Shown: positions 42,081 to 59,073, counted from the stretch's first letter. The stretch: 64,000 nt of DNA from Eledone cirrhosa (GCA_964016885.1 OZ024743.1:73222001-73286000), one strand, 5' to 3'. A program made the numbers and translations. The notes: generated by a model from the sequence alone, not told the origin.

Positions 42081-42685
42081 TGTGATTGTTTCATGTGTTT
42101 GTTTTAAATATATATATATGTCAATCAATTTCTAGTTGATATAAAATGCTCGGATCTATTCATTGGAATCTTTGAGCTTATTCTACGGTGGATATGGCGC
42201 ATGTCTCGGACATGACTCCCTTAATTTAATTTAATTTAATTAATTTTGGATATATACACGGCTCCTTAATTGTAGGGCTAACTCGGTTGAAAGGACTCGG
42301 CTGCTATTTATAGCTGTCGATCACACTATTCACACCACTGGGATGACGCTAGCATGTTGTTAGTAGTTTTAGAATTGCAACACGTGCGATGGGTCAATCG
42401 CAGATTAGCATTTGATATGTAAACACAGATAGTTAAACCTCCCTTGCTGAAGATATGGGTTTGACTACTGTGGATTTACAGATTAATGGTGAAATATATT
42501 TCTTTAATGAAATATATACAGGGAAGATTAATCATGTTTTAAAAGGTAATATTTGAAGCTCTAGTTAAACTTTAATTCGTTACCTACCTAGCTATGTGTG
42601 ATTACACACTTTACAAATTATCCCCTGTGATTGTGTCATGTGTTTATTTTAAATATATATGTCAATCAATTTCTAGTTGATATAT
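42081..42685 (+). mobile_element. Family G element, circularly permuted ~545-nt unit in (TA)n
   Basis: tgtgattg..tcatgtgttt..gtcaatcaatttctagttgatata occurs at 42081 and at about 42626. Tentative hammerhead at 42442-42523 (CCTTG-CTGAAGA..GAAA-TATA-TA-CAGGG, stem II unclear). Confidence 0.75.
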
Positions 42686-42758
42686 ATATATATATAAAAA
42701 ATTAAATATGTACCTATGTATCTATATATGCGGGTGTTGTATTTATCTATCTACCTAT

Positions 42759-42837
<79 letters not shown>

Positions 42838-42863
42838 TTTATATTTATATATATATATTCATT

Positions 42864-44816
<1,953 letters not shown>

Positions 44817-45035
44817 TTTAGTACAGCATTGACGAAGTTTTAGTATACGGCCAAGCTAGCGTGTATGCATAATCGTAGCTTTAACACTCAGATGAGGTAA
44901 GACCCCAGAGTAATAACATTACGTTCAGACAGCTTAGCAAATCAGATATAGCAGTCGACAGTCCGACCGCATTACCAGAGCAACGAAAATACAGGACACA
45001 GGAAAAGATTTTATACTGATATATATATATATATA

Positions 45036-45135
45036 TAGAAGTGGTAACACAACTGTTGTGTTACCACTTCTACCTAACTCGTTCCATGGACTGAGTGCTC
45101 TACCACTACGGATATTACTTTCCAGTGTTCTACCT
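45036..45135 (+). mobile_element. Minimal hairpin plus tail insert beside (TA)n
   Basis: 18-bp perfect arms 45036-45053 and 45055-45072, then an ACTC..GAGTGCT tail. Related tail on - strand at about 41590-41665. Confidence 0.7.
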
Positions 45136-45153
45136 CTCACTCGCTCTCTCTCC

Positions 45154-45252
<99 letters not shown>

Positions 45253-46807
45253 CATATATATATATATGTATGTATATATGTGTGTGTGTGTATATGTATA
45301 TATATATATATATATGTGTGTGTGCATGTGTGTGTGTGTATGTATGTATGTATGCATGAGTATGTGTCCATATTAATGATATCATTAAAATAAAACAAAT
45401 AAAAGACCTGGGAATTGGCTAATTCCGTTAATATCTGTTTGTGTTTTTCCTTGTATGTTCGTTTGTTTATATTTTCTTGTTTAATTACAAACATTAAAGG
45501 AGAGAATATTTCAAGTGAATATTTCAACTGATTGCCTAAAATTAATGAAGGAAATGTACAGATCTAAAACAAAAAAAAAGACAATAGTGAGAGAATAGTT
45601 TGAAAGAAGAAATAAAAAGCGGCATTGAATGAGAAATAAAAGGAAGACAGAAAGTGGCCTTCGTTGAAATCCCCCAGAGGTGTGACTGGTTGTGAAATAA
45701 ATGTCAATGAACATAGCACTGAGGAAATTATTCTGTTAATATTATAAACTACCACAGATTCTAGGTGACAGCTTTTACCATTGTTATTAAGGTGGTTTTA
45801 GTTAGAGTTGGAATAATTAACGATAGTTACTGATGGTTTGCTTAATGATAAAGGTTGCTTTATTGTAACTCATTGTTCTGTTGAAGGATATAGTGGATAA
45901 AAAGATTGAAGTGGTGGTGGTGGTGTATGGTGTGGGGGAGTGGTGGTGGTGGTGGTGGTGTAGGGGGAGTGGTGGTGGTGGTGGATGTGTGAGTGAAGTG
46001 GTGGTGGTGGTGGTGGTGGTGATGGTGGTGGCGGTGATGGGGCGAGGGCGGTGGCGGGTGAAGCGGCGGCGGTGGTTGTCGTGTGATGGTAGGGTGGGAT
46101 GTGGGGGAGGGGATGGGGGTGGGCGTATTGGAGGTAGTGGTGATGGTGGAAGGGAGGGAGGGGTGTGGGTGGGGGTACTGGTGGTGGTGTTGGTGTTCGT
46201 TGTCGTCGTGATCTTCGTGGTGGTGGTAGGGGTAGTGGTGGTGGTGGAGGCGGTGGAGGTGGTGATGGTGTCGAACGAATACAAATTGAGCGCTGGAAAT
46301 GAGAAAGAGTGTATGTGTATTAGTGTGTATGTGCGTGTGTTTGTGTATGTGTGTGTTTGTGTACATGTGTGTGTGTTTTGTATGTGTGTTTGTGTGTATG
46401 TGTTTTTGTGTTGTGTGTGTATGTTTGTGTGTGTGTGTATGTGTTTGAGTGGGTGTGTGTTTGTCTCTGTGTGTGCATGTGTGTGTGTTTGTATGTGTTT
46501 GTGTGTCTGTTTCTCTGTGTGTGTGTGTGTATGTTTGTGTGTGTGTTTGGGGATATGTATGTATATATGGGTGTGACTAATTAATTGTTTCTACTTTTTG
46601 GCACAAGGCCAGCAAATACTCAGTGCATTACTGGTACTTTATTTTATCGACCCCGTAAGGATGAAAGGCAAAGTTAACCTCGGCGGGATTCGAACTCAGA
46701 ATGGCAAGAGCCGTAACTCTTCTTCTTCTTCTTCTTCTTCTTCTTCTTCTTCTTCTTCTTCTTCTTCAATAAAAATAGATACGTTTCTGTGATTGACATG
46801 GCTAAGC

Positions 46808-46966
<159 letters not shown>

Positions 46967-47510
46967 CATAATGGGAAAATACTTCGAAGAATTTTCCACT
47001 GAATTGGGAATGCAAATTGAATAAAATCATGTTTGCGTAAATCCGTGCAGGGGTTCCCGAGATACGGGATTTTTCCGGGTACCTTCATAAATAGAGAGAA
47101 ATAAATATAGATAGAAAGAGATAGTAGTTGTGAGAGAGTAGATTTAAAGAGACACCTAGAAAGAGAGAGAGAGAGAATGAGACAGAGAAGGAAAATGGAA
47201 GAGTTAGAGAGAGCTGGTGGTGTTATTGAATGAAATTATAACAAGTGACTTAAAAGAATCGAATACAGCATTACTGTAGCTAGCTCGAATTTGATAACTG
47301 AATATTAATTCACATGAATCATATAACTTGAGTTAGGACAGGATGTGTGTAGCGAAACTTTCCTGCTTAATAGAAAGGGTTTCTAAGTGGGTGTGTGTGG
47401 GTGTCTCTGACACCCACACACACATATATATATATATACACACACATACGCATACATATATGTATAATCACACACACACACACACACACAGATATATATA
47501 TATATATATA

Positions 47511-48022
47511 TATGAATGTATGTATAGTATATTTGGCAATATTCCGTATGTTTTATTAAAAACATTTAGAAGTTCATACGCTATCAGTTTGGTGAAAGAA
47601 GGGAGAGAAGCTGACAATTTGTTTCACGCTGGTTGGCTCACATCAAAGCCACGTACTCCCCTGCTTTCGCCGAAATTTGTAGAAGCTGGATTCTTATAGA
47701 ATTCCAGTAATAATCAGGAGCTGATTATACAGAGCGATTGCCGGTCCAGCAAAAACTAGGTATAAGGATTGATGCTCTGAAATAGCGATGTATATATGAA
47801 TCCTCATTACTACTGGAATTCTATAAGAATCCAGCTTTTACAATTTTCGGCGAAAGCAGGGAGTACGTGGCTCTGATGAACGCTATGAACTTCTCTCCCT
47901 TCTTTCGCCGAAAAGAAGTCTGATAGCGCATAGTATTCTAAATGATTTTAATTAAACACACAGTATATTGCCCAATATACTATACATACATTCATGTATA
48001 CATCGCTATTTCAGAGCACCAA

Positions 48023-48025
<3 letters not shown>
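47511..48025. mobile_element. Family D retrozyme-like element: one permuted monomer plus inverted arm
   Basis: tatgaat at 47511 and 47795 bound a 284-nt unit. The inverted arm 47805-48025 crosses the unit junction. Degenerate hammerhead at 47605-47652 (-). Confidence 0.8.
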
Positions 48026-48109
<84 letters not shown>

Positions 48110-48639
48110 AGAGAAGTGACAAACGAGTTGATATATATATAATAGTAAAAATGAAAAAAACCGTAGAAAATGCTAAAGAGATTTTCTCATAGAATAGCAG
48201 CAAGACATTTATTTGCAACACAGGAATTTCCGTATTATTCGTACCGGCTTCTTCGTGCGATGGATGTGAATAATGAAATTAAATTGTATATTAATAATAA
48301 TATGGAAAAAAGTAACATGGTTTACATACATATATATAGAGAAAAGTTCAGATTTTTGTTTATCGTTTTCTGTCGTTCTCTCGTGGTGTTGGTCATAACT
48401 GTGTTACTATTAATAGTGGGAATTACAGAGAAGAATTAGAAAGACTGAAAGTACAAGACTCCCTTTGGACAGGACGCAATTCCATCTCATGGTTAACCCC
48501 GTAGCTATTGCTGGTACTCATTTTCAGCTGAATATACTGGAGCAACGTGAAATGAAGTGTTTTGCTCAAGAACACAACACACAACCTAGGAATCGAACCC
48601 ATGACATTATGATCATAAATCCAACATCGTCTCTCATCT

Positions 48640-49422
48640 CACACATGACCACCACATTATGTCCCCCTTCTCTATATTCTACTATATAACTCTCTTTCAC
48701 GCACTTAATTCCCCCTCTCTCTCTCTAAACCAACATATTCTCACACTCTCTATCCTACTAGATACCTCACTGTATCTCACAATCCTCCCTCTCTCACTAG
48801 ACCACCAAATTCTCTCCCTCTTTTTATATCTCACTACATGACTCACTCACTCTCTCACTAAACCAACAAGATCTCTATACCTCTACATACCTCATTCTAT
48901 CACAATTCCACCTCACTTACAAGACCACCAATCAATCTCCCTCTCTCTATACACCACTACATACCTCACTCTCTATTACTCTTAATCTCCCCTTTCTCAT
49001 TAAACCAACAAACTCTATCACTCTCTCTCTCTATCTATCTATCTATCCTACATCATACCTCACTCTCTCTCACAATTCCCCCTCTCCCACTAGGCCACCA
49101 AATTCTCTCTCCGTCTCTCTATATTCCACTACATAACTTACTCTCTTTCACTATCTTAATTCCCCCTCTCTCACTAAACCAACAAATACTTCCCCGCTTT
49201 CTATATCCCACTTTATACCTCCCTCTCGGTCACAAATCCCTTTCTCTCTCTCTCTCTCTCTCTCTCACACCCTCCCAATGCCCCTTCTCTCACTAGGCAA
49301 ATCAATTCTCTCCTCCTCTCTATAACCTACTGCATACCTCACAGTCTCTCAATCCCCCTCTCTCACTAGACTACCAAATACTCTCCCCCTTTATATTCCA
49401 CTACATACCTCTCACTCTCTCA

Positions 49423-49453
<31 letters not shown>

Positions 49454-49505
49454 ACCCCTCTCATTATACCACCAAATTCTCTCTCCCCCTCTGTATCCCA
49501 CTGCA
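48640..49505. repeat. Degenerate CT-rich tandem repeat (~55-60 bp units)
   Basis: Recurrent actacatacctcactct..aattccccctctctcacta.accaccaaattctct. Confidence 0.8.
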
Positions 49506-49748
49506 ATATATTTTACTTTGAAACAACAAATATTTTCATCTTCTGTAAAGAACGACAACATTCTCCATCCCCTCCCCCACCTTATGATCCCCTGGGTGTG
49601 GGGGAGTTCTTTCTGTTTTTGGTGGTGTGATTTTGTTTAATTATTTGAAATGAGTTTAAAATATGTGGCGAAGGTGCTGGTAATAGTGTGGTGGTGGTAG
49701 TCTGGTTTTGTTGGTGGTGCTTGTTTATTTTGAATATATGTATCTATC

Positions 49749-49979
49749 TATCTATATACTACTAAAACTCTGTGATTGTGTGCTTGTCTCTAATTTAATA
49801 CTGCCAAAACAGTGCATAATAGGATAATACTTTGTTGTCTCTGAAATAGGAATAAATCGGAGCGTAAATTGGATCACGGGTTCCCAAGAAACGGGGTGTT
49901 TCCGGGATCTTCATAAATAGAGAGCGAGAAAGATAGAGAGAAAGAGATGCATAGAGAGAGAATATGTACACACACACAC

Positions 49980-50064
<85 letters not shown>

Positions 50065-50177
50065 TATATATGGGCCTTCCAATTTCATATTACATTATAT
50101 ACATGACTGTGTATATTTTAATTAGTTTATAATTATTTTTAAGTTAATGTGACCCAACGGGTCATGGGTGGTTTAGT
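49749..50177 (+). mobile_element. Candidate non-autonomous Helitron
   Basis: Begins TCTATATACTACTAAAA, ends with hairpin ACCCAACGGGTCATGGGT then TTTAG|T. Internal segment shared with about 47030-47100. Confidence 0.45.
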
Positions 50178-50192
50178 ATATATATATATATA

Positions 50193-50621
50193 TATAATAA
50201 CTAGGAATTGATCAACATATATATAAATAAATATAAACATGAAAAATCACAGGAGATAATTTTTACAAGCGTGTAACCACGCATGGCTAGTAGGTAACAA
50301 ATACATTAAGTTAACTAGAACTTAAAAAATATATACCTTTTAATGATTAATCATTAAAAGGTATATATTTTTGAAGTTCTAGTTAACTTTATATATGTAT
50401 TACCTACTAGCCATGCGTGGTTACACGCTTGTAAAAATTATCTCCTGTGATTTTTCATGTATATATTTATTTATATATATGTTGATCAATTCCTAGTTAT
50501 TATAAAATGCTCGTACCTACAAAGTCCTAGAGCTTATTTTCCGGGCGATATGGCGCATTCCGTTAAGAAATTACACCCACAATTTCGATTCTGATTGAAT
50601 TCTTTTAATCTATGTTAATTT

Positions 50622-50625
<4 letters not shown>
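50193..50625 (+). mobile_element. Family G palindrome plus ~120-nt tail in (TA)n
   Basis: Arms 50193-50348 and 50349-50504 centred on ATGATTAATCAT. Tail homologous to 42144-42250. Confidence 0.85.
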
Positions 50626-50677
<52 letters not shown>

Positions 50678-51626
50678 TTCTTTCTTTACGTAACCCTAAA
50701 GAACAGCAAAATCCTGGAATTGCGACAAGCCTTAACTACATAATACGAAGTATACAAAATATAATTATTCAGTTATAAAATAAATTAACATTTAACACAA
50801 TAAATCACATGTCCATTTACCGACATACTTTAAATAATCAGAAGCTTGTAACTTAGAATTAAATGTAAACTGGAATCAGAAAACGACATTACACCACCTA
50901 AAACAACACGGCCAAGGATTTTGAGGAAGGGGAAAGTCAATTGAATCGACCTCAGTGCGTTACTGGTACTTTATTTTATCGACCCACAATGATGAAAGGT
51001 AAAGCTTAATTTGGAGGAATTTGAATTCATAACATAAAGGAACGTATATCTATGCGACAAAACATGGTGTCCAACGCTCTGCCGATACTGCCAATCCACC
51101 ACCCTATATAGGGAAATAAAAATGAAAATATATATTTTATGAAAAAGGATTTCCAGACACCTTAATAAAATGGAAAATTTATATTATAACGTTAAACTCG
51201 ATGCTGTCATTTTCTTGATGCCTCTGCTAGTCGCTTTGCACAAAAGTATTTCCGTGGTGAAATTGTTAATGAGTCGGATGGTAGGCATATGTGGTATTTT
51301 TTCCGTCTCTGTGAGTTCTGAGCTCAAATCCCGCCTTCTCTCAATAGAAAATCGGAGACGCTTTTGCCAATAGCTGAGTCGTATGACCAGAGAAAGACAG
51401 GGTTTCCTTGGTCCAATCTGACGATCAGCTCGCTTTTTTTAATTTTAAACAAAATTGAGCTACTATGTACAGGCGTTCTCTACCTGTTCTCTTCAGACAA
51501 CAATATATTACCTGAAATAATTTCACCGTGATATTCGTGTTCGTTATTTTTTAAGAAATGGAGCGTGTCTAAGAGATTGGAATTAGAATTGCAACCAAAC
51601 ATCTCAGGTGGAATGAGAGAGTAAGA

Positions 51627-51671
<45 letters not shown>

Positions 51672-51798
51672 TTAATAATACATATAACAAAATGGTTTTG
51701 TAAAGTGTTCTCTTATTTCAATTATCCTGTATTGATTTTAAAATAACTTATCACTTCTGCTCTTCTTTATTCTCTGACAATATCTCTATCGTTGCCGT

Positions 51799-51880
<82 letters not shown>

Positions 51881-52105
51881 TCTCTCTCTCTCTCTCTCGC
51901 TCGCTCGTTCTCTCTCCCTCGCTCTTCCATGAGCTGATTGTGTTTCTAAATACAACACACGTACATATTGATATGTGCACGCACGTACATGCACGTGCAC
52001 GCACGTACATGCACACACACACACGCACGCACCCCCACACACGCACATATATATATATATATTAATAGAAACACATTTCAACACAAAATATACATATATA
52101 TATCT

Positions 52106-52198
<93 letters not shown>

Positions 52199-53254
52199 TG
52201 TGTGTGTGTATGCATATGTAGGTTTGCTGAGGTTGGTAAATACACATATACATTAAAAGAAAATCCATAGTTATACATACACACGCACAAACACAGGTAC
52301 ACACACACATATGGAGGAAGACAGACTCGACTCACACAAATATATATATACACATGTATACATCTGTGTGTGTGTTTGTGTGTGTGTGTTTGCGTGTGTG
52401 TGTGTGTTTGTGTGCGTGTTTCTGTGTAAGTGTGTGTTTCTGTCTGTGTGTTTGCGTGTGTGTGTGTGTTTGTGTGTGTGTGTATTTATACGTGTGTGTT
52501 TATTTCTGTGTGTGTGTGTGTTTCTGTGTGTGTCTGTGTTTTGCGTGTGTGTGTGTGTTTGTGTGTATGTCTGTATGTATGTGTGTGTGTGTGTATGTGT
52601 GTGTGTGTGTGTGTGTTTGTATTAATCGATTTACTTTTAATTTGGTCGATATAAGAAGAAATCGATTCGGTGAAAGAACAAAAAAACAAATGTGTTAGTA
52701 TTTGCTGAAATCACCTACTTTTTAAATCACTCTCATATTACGAGTTGACTTTTTATATCTTTTGACACAATGTGATGTCACCATTGTCATCATTGTTAAT
52801 ATAATATCTTTGTATAAAGAGGTATCTTTTATGACCAAACCTTGCTGTCACCACTAGAACTTTGTATTTTATTTTGTCGTTGTTGTTGTGTGTAGATGTG
52901 AAGTTTTGTGGTTATGGTGTTTGGAATGAGATTTAAAAGTCCTGAGTTTCATTTGATTCATTATGATATCAGTATTGTCATTTTGTATAATAATGGTTTC
53001 TGATTTAAGCACAAGGGCAACATTTTTTTTTTGGGGGGGGGGGGGGGGGGGAGACAGTCGATTAAATCGTCCCCAGTGTATTAAAGGTACTTTACCTTAT
53101 AGACCACTTAAGGATGAAAGGCGAAGTTAGCCTCTAAAGTATTTGAACTAAGATCGTAAAGAGGCGTAACCTTATGCCATAAAACATGTTACCCAACGCT
53201 CTGTCGATACTTCAAATCCACATCTGTGGTCTTTTATATAGTATTAACTTGCCC

Positions 53255-53570
53255 ATTCCCAGCTCGAGCCAGCGGGGCTGGGTCGAGGGAAGGACAAGAA
53301 GCAAGGCGGCATCACAATCTTCCCGTTCCGCGGAGGTAGTCCACTCATCTAGGATACCACATGCTATGACACTGATTCTAGTGGTAACCTGGTGTGTTCG
53401 GCTACCAGCGCAGACTTTGCTGTTCACCAGGCTGAAGAGGGCAAACTGTTTAATTATAGGCCGCTCTCTGACAGGTTTGTGTTAGAGCCTGCTGCAGTGG
53501 AAACCTCTGGAGTTCTTGGTCTCTGGACCCCATCCATACTCACTGCTATCGGTGCTGAGCTAACTACCCT
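53255..53570 (+). mobile_element. CRE-like RLE endonuclease fragment (decayed)
   Basis: LEPAGLGR..GGITIFPFRGGSPLI*DTTCYDT..AEEGKLFNY..EPAAVETSG resembles the RPDG..PW..WD.T..AE..K..KY..P.AVET.G pattern. Confidence 0.7.
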
Positions 53571-54564
53571 CAGTAAAATCGATAACAGCACATCTGATGA
53601 AGGATCCACACCAGGTGTGGTGGTTGTTGCAATGGCTTTCGCTGACTATTATCCGCGAAAAGGCCTTTGCTATTTTCTCCGTGGGCTCAGTCGAAACACC
53701 GCTTTGACCTAGGTGTAGAGTCTGTCATCCTCTCACCTTCCCTCTTTCCTTCTTCTTTGTCTAGTATTCCTTGCTTTTCCTCTCCTTTATGGTACTAAGT
53801 AGCTGATTGAAACAAACGATTTTGGCGTCTTGACAACTATACTCCTCTTCACCTCCTCCATACCTCCAATTTCATGAATACTCTGAAGTTCATAAATTTA
53901 GAAGCTGACCTTCGGTCAAAACCTCCAAATAATTACTTATACAGACACATCCTGTCAACCACACAGTAACAATATGTAAGAGAATCTACACATATTATGA
54001 GCCAAAATGCAATCACCATTTCAGAATATTCCTTGACTTCTATACAGCTTTAACATCTAAATTAACTTCAAAACTTGATATGATTTCCTTCCAAATCTAA
54101 CTGATGCATATACAACCAATATTTATTGCAATAGTTATCCATGCACATATTGAACTATGATCGCTCCGCCTATATATTCATAATTGATTCTACAATCCCC
54201 GACACCAATAAAAGACATGTTTCTCATAAGTCAACTATTGTATAGATATATCATTTTTGACTGTTAGAGTATGTCATTTTGTTTTATATTTATTTTCCTA
54301 TTTTATTTTGTGTTGCTTTGTTTCCTTAAGTTTTATTTTATGTATTTTTTCAGCCGAGATATAATCATGTACAGTGTGACTTCTTTGGAAGATTATACTA
54401 CGATGCTACCAGATTATTTTGTATAACTTTACAGGCAGCTTATATTGTAAATCTATACGTCTAAAATCATATTGTTTAGAACATGTTATTAAAGGGTGGG
54501 ACGTATCTGTGTGTATATATATATGACGTAAGACAGAGAACTGAATTGAATTACCGCCAGGACA

Positions 54565-54599
<35 letters not shown>

Positions 54600-54600
54600 G

Positions 54601-54635
<35 letters not shown>

Positions 54636-54636
54636 G

Positions 54637-54688
<52 letters not shown>

Positions 54689-54715
54689 ATGTAAGACTAC
54701 TGACATGCTTCTACC

Positions 54716-54797
<82 letters not shown>

Positions 54798-55167
54798 TGT
54801 TGAAGTGTATGTGTGTTTTGTGAATAGAAATCTATTATTATTTAATGTCATAGAAGCTTATTCTATAAATGGTCTGATCTGTGTATCCCTCCAGGACCTT
54901 TACAACTAAATTAATATCAATGTATAAATGTATATACAGAGGATCACCAACACAAAGATTTGTATCAAATGTAATCCATATCTATCATTGAATGGATCTA
55001 CGTCGATTTCTGTGATGAGTATTCCAGTTGATCGAACAACGAAACAGCCTGCTCATTCAATTAACATGTAATTACTTGACCGATTATTCTAGAAACACGA
55101 GCAAACTTAAAGCAATTCTCAATGAGATTTAGCGTGACAAATGGCAACCTTTACAAATGGTTGCCTT

Positions 55168-55675
55168 CTTCAATTCGGTATTGATGCCAACGCTTACTTA
55201 TGGTCACGAATCTTGATATGGAAAGAATACGATCACGATTACAAGCCGCCAAAATAGGATTCCTCGAAAGGGTCTTTAGAATAACGTTACTCGATAGAGT
55301 GTGAAGCTCGGAGAACAGAAAGTCACTCCAGGTAGAGCTGCTATTTTACCGAATTGAGAGATCACAGCTCCCATACTATGGGCATGGGTTTAGAATGTCT
55401 CAGGAATGAATCGTAGGACAGATTTTACGGGCAAAACCAACTGACAGTAAGCCTAATGGTAGATCCCGAACAAGATGGTTGGATAACATCCATGAACTTG
55501 GCTGGTCTCGCTTGGGGATCCCGCCGGGTCATTTGGAGACGGTTCCTTCTGATAGGATCCGCTGGAAGGAATGTTTGAGGGCTCTGACCCCACGTCCCTA
55601 TCAGGAATGCGTGCGGGAGAAGAAGAAGAAGAAGAAGAAGAAGAAGAAGAAGAAGAAGAAGAAGAAGAAGAAGAA
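55168..55675 (+). mobile_element. RTE-clade LINE 3' end with (GAA)n tail, nested in a SINE
   Basis: PTLTYGHES*, RLQAAKIGFLER, RIERSQL.YYGH..RM, GRSRTRWLDNI, DRIRWK, with stops and a frameshift. Confidence 0.85.
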
Positions 55676-56772
55676 ATAAATCTGTGACAAGGGTGACGTT
55701 TCAATAACGGGTACAATTTATCCGAGGGTCTTCCAAACAGTTTTTGTCTAACCGATTTCACTTCAAATTAAAACAAAACATGGTCTACCCTATGCTAAAT
55801 TACACTTTCTCAAGTTATCATGCAGTGGGATCGAATCCTGGACTTAATAATTGCAAAATGAAATTCTTACCCATTTGGCTATCATTTGTCCACTGCCAGA
55901 TTAAGAATGGAGGAATCTACTGAGAATGCCTGTCATTCAAACTCCAAGTTTCTTCGCATTATTGAAATTATCCGGATGTTTTCCTATGGAGATAGTAATT
56001 AATTTTAATGTGCTCTGTATCAATTTCAGATAGAAAATAAATATTAAATGTAACTTTTGTGATTTATATTTTCAAAATTTTCGTTTATTTTTTAATTTCA
56101 TGAAATTTATTTCGATTTATTGATCGGAAATTGATACAATTTAGAAAGAGAAAAATAATTTCAAATAATTAAGGATATTTTTTATATGTAATTGATGAGG
56201 ACACATTTAAAATAGATACACTCTCTAGAATAGATGCTTCCAGTAGAAAAAAATTACACTGCCTTAATCACACAGATATAGCCGTAGGATCAAATATAAT
56301 ATAATTGATATATGTGTATGTGTGCATGCGTGCATTCATATGTGTATATATACACACAGATACACACACATATGCACGTACATGTATGTGCACATATACA
56401 TGTATATTTAAAGGGAGAAAGGAAGAAAGGACGAAAGAAGGCAAAAAGAAAGAAAGAAGAGTGACATGAATCTCACAAAGCTCGTCTCAATACGTCTATT
56501 CGGGGCATCCATCACTCCACTGAGAGTATTCTACAATTAATTGGAATTTAGTTCGAGCCATGACCCGTGTTTCTGTAAAATACATGGATGGAAAGAATGA
56601 ATCTATTACCAATATCTATCTGTCTATATATCTATCTCTCTCTCTCTCTATATATATATATTTTTTGTACCCCTTCCACCGTTTTACTTCCCTTTTCTCT
56701 CCCCCCTTTTTTCTAAATGTCTCTCCTCCACTCCCCTACACACTCTCGGAACTCTCTTCCCACCCACTTTTC

Positions 56773-56804
56773 GCCTGAAGAAGGGTTTATGCCCGATACG
56801 TCGT
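56773..56804 (+). ncRNA. Degenerate minimal PLE-type hammerhead in a ~210-nt insert (56660-56890)
   Basis: CTGAAGA-AGGG TTTATG CCC-GATA(GAAA)-CG-TC-GT. Palindromic ACGU stem III, weak stem I. Confidence 0.6.
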
Positions 56805-56901
56805 TCCCCACCCCCCACTCTCAAGAGCGTGAAACTAATAAACCTTTGTTCGTACTGCCTCTCTGTTTTGTTCCCGTACCCTTTTTCACTATATATATAT
56901 A

Positions 56902-56935
<34 letters not shown>

Positions 56936-56938
56936 CGA

Positions 56939-57016
<78 letters not shown>

Positions 57017-57495
57017 GTCTGTCTATCTATCAATTTATACATCGTACCTACCTATCAGGCATGATTGTTCGATCCTATAGACATAGTAGCCAAATCTCGC
57101 CTAAATAAAAAAGCCATCATTGTAGAAAAGGATTCTTAGGCAATATATTCTTGTTTTTCTTGTAGATAGGAAATAGCCCATGCTTTCGATTGTAGGTTTA
57201 TATGATCGGGGTTGACCTGTAACTAAACAACAAAGTAACAAAATAGAAATAGACTTTAACAGACTTGTGCATATGTGCGCATCAGATAGAGAGTGTGGTG
57301 GGGCGGTAGGACGGGGCGAGGGGGTCAAATGCAGGTACATGTGTATTGAAAAGCAGTAGGTTAAAGAATCAGTGTTCAAATGCGTTTGTTAAAAATAGAA
57401 ATATGATTTATAATATAATCTTCAAAAGCACTTTGTGAAATGTTATTCAAGTGTGTATAAATGAATGTGTCTGTATATATGTGTACACGTGTAAC

Positions 57496-57545
<50 letters not shown>

Positions 57546-57731
57546 TATGTGTGTGTGCTTGTGTGTCTGTCTATGTGTGTGTATGTCTCTCTGTCTGTGT
57601 GTCTGTGTCTGTGTATTATATATATATGTATATAATATATATACACACACATAAATATGTATGTATATATTCTTATATATGTATATATAATATATATATA
57701 TATATATTATAGATATAGAGTGTGGGTATAG

Positions 57732-57814
<83 letters not shown>

Positions 57815-58041
57815 ATATATATAGTTATGTGTGTGTGTGTGAGAGAGAGAGAGCGAGAGCGAGAGAGATGGGGAGATTCTGTGTGCATTTCCATTTTCTA
57901 CATATGTATTTTTTCTTTCCATTTATATTTCTTTCAATATGTGAATAGAAGTTAATATCTGATATCAACGTTCTCCAGCTAATTGGTATATATTGATAGA
58001 AAATCAGCATTGATATAATGCTAAATCTACACTTGAGGATT

Positions 58042-58247
58042 TTACACTCTCAACAAGCTATGTCCACAATTCGGTTTCGATTTCCGGCTCTTGCTTTTTT
58101 TCTTTACTTCATTTAATTCACTTAACTTCCAGTAAAACGGGCTTTTTAACTGGCTTTTTAACTGGCTTCCATTCTTGGGTGAATCGTTTACTTTATTTTC
58201 ATTTATTTTTACATCAGCTACATTACTGACTTTCAGTAAAGGCAAAC
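58042..58247 (-). CDS. Candidate terminal exon of a minus-strand gene (LPLLKVSNVADVKINENK...KPNCGHSLLRV*)
   Basis: Non-repetitive open frame after tttgtagtcaatag acceptor (phase 1) to TAA. A possible upstream exon at about 63267-63307 is phase-compatible. Protein not recognised. Confidence 0.35.
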
Positions 58248-58329
58248 CTATTGACTACAAACACACACATATATATATATGAGACTGTGTGTGTATGTAT
58301 GCATATATGTATATATATATATATGTCAG

Positions 58330-58932
58330 GTCACCAGTTGGTGCTACTGGTAACATGTATCCCAGTACAACCTGTCACATGGTCGGGTCGTTGGCGACTA
58401 AACTGGCAACCCCACCAAGTTTTCTTGGTGAGGAGGGTGACTTTGGACATCCTGCAGGACTAAAAACAAAACCTGTCAAAGGGCAAAGGAACTCTTAAGA
58501 GTCAATCGCCATCCAAAATCACCGGGAGAGATGACCCCTTAGACTTTGTCAAGGCAGAATTCTAGGAGAAGGAAAACTCTGATATAACACCTGCAACCCT
58601 GATGGTATCCAATGATGTTGACTTGTTCTCCTTTTTGGTAAATATCATCTTGGTCAAGAGAGTGGGACTGGCTTTGTGCAGTGCCTTTGCTCAATATAAA
58701 AGCTTCACGGCACAGGCATTGCATTATATCTGGAGATCTCGCTGCACTTGTCGTCACATGGTACCATGGGCCTAGCACTATGTGACTATAATTGTCACAA
58801 GTGTAGTGTTTGTACCAGAGTTTTCAAGTCGCTAGCTGGACTAAAAAGTCACACTCGTTCAGCGCATCGCTAGGGGTTCTCCTACATGGATATAAAGTAG
58901 TGGCCGTACTCGAAAACGAGTTGGCAGCCACC
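58330..58932 (+). mobile_element. Bipartite non-autonomous RTE-derived element
   Basis: UTR-like 5' part fused to C2H2 terminus CSVCTRVFKSLAGLKSHTRSAHR* and 3' end ..ACGAGTTGGCAGCCACC before (AT)n. Confidence 0.65.
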
Positions 58933-59073
58933 ATATATATATATATATACATATATAACAGATATATATATGTATATATATGTATAGATCTTCTAGTGTT
59001 CTTATATATTTGATATATATTTATCCTTATCGAGCCCTCTTTGGATTTCAGTCTTCACATTTATTATTATTAT

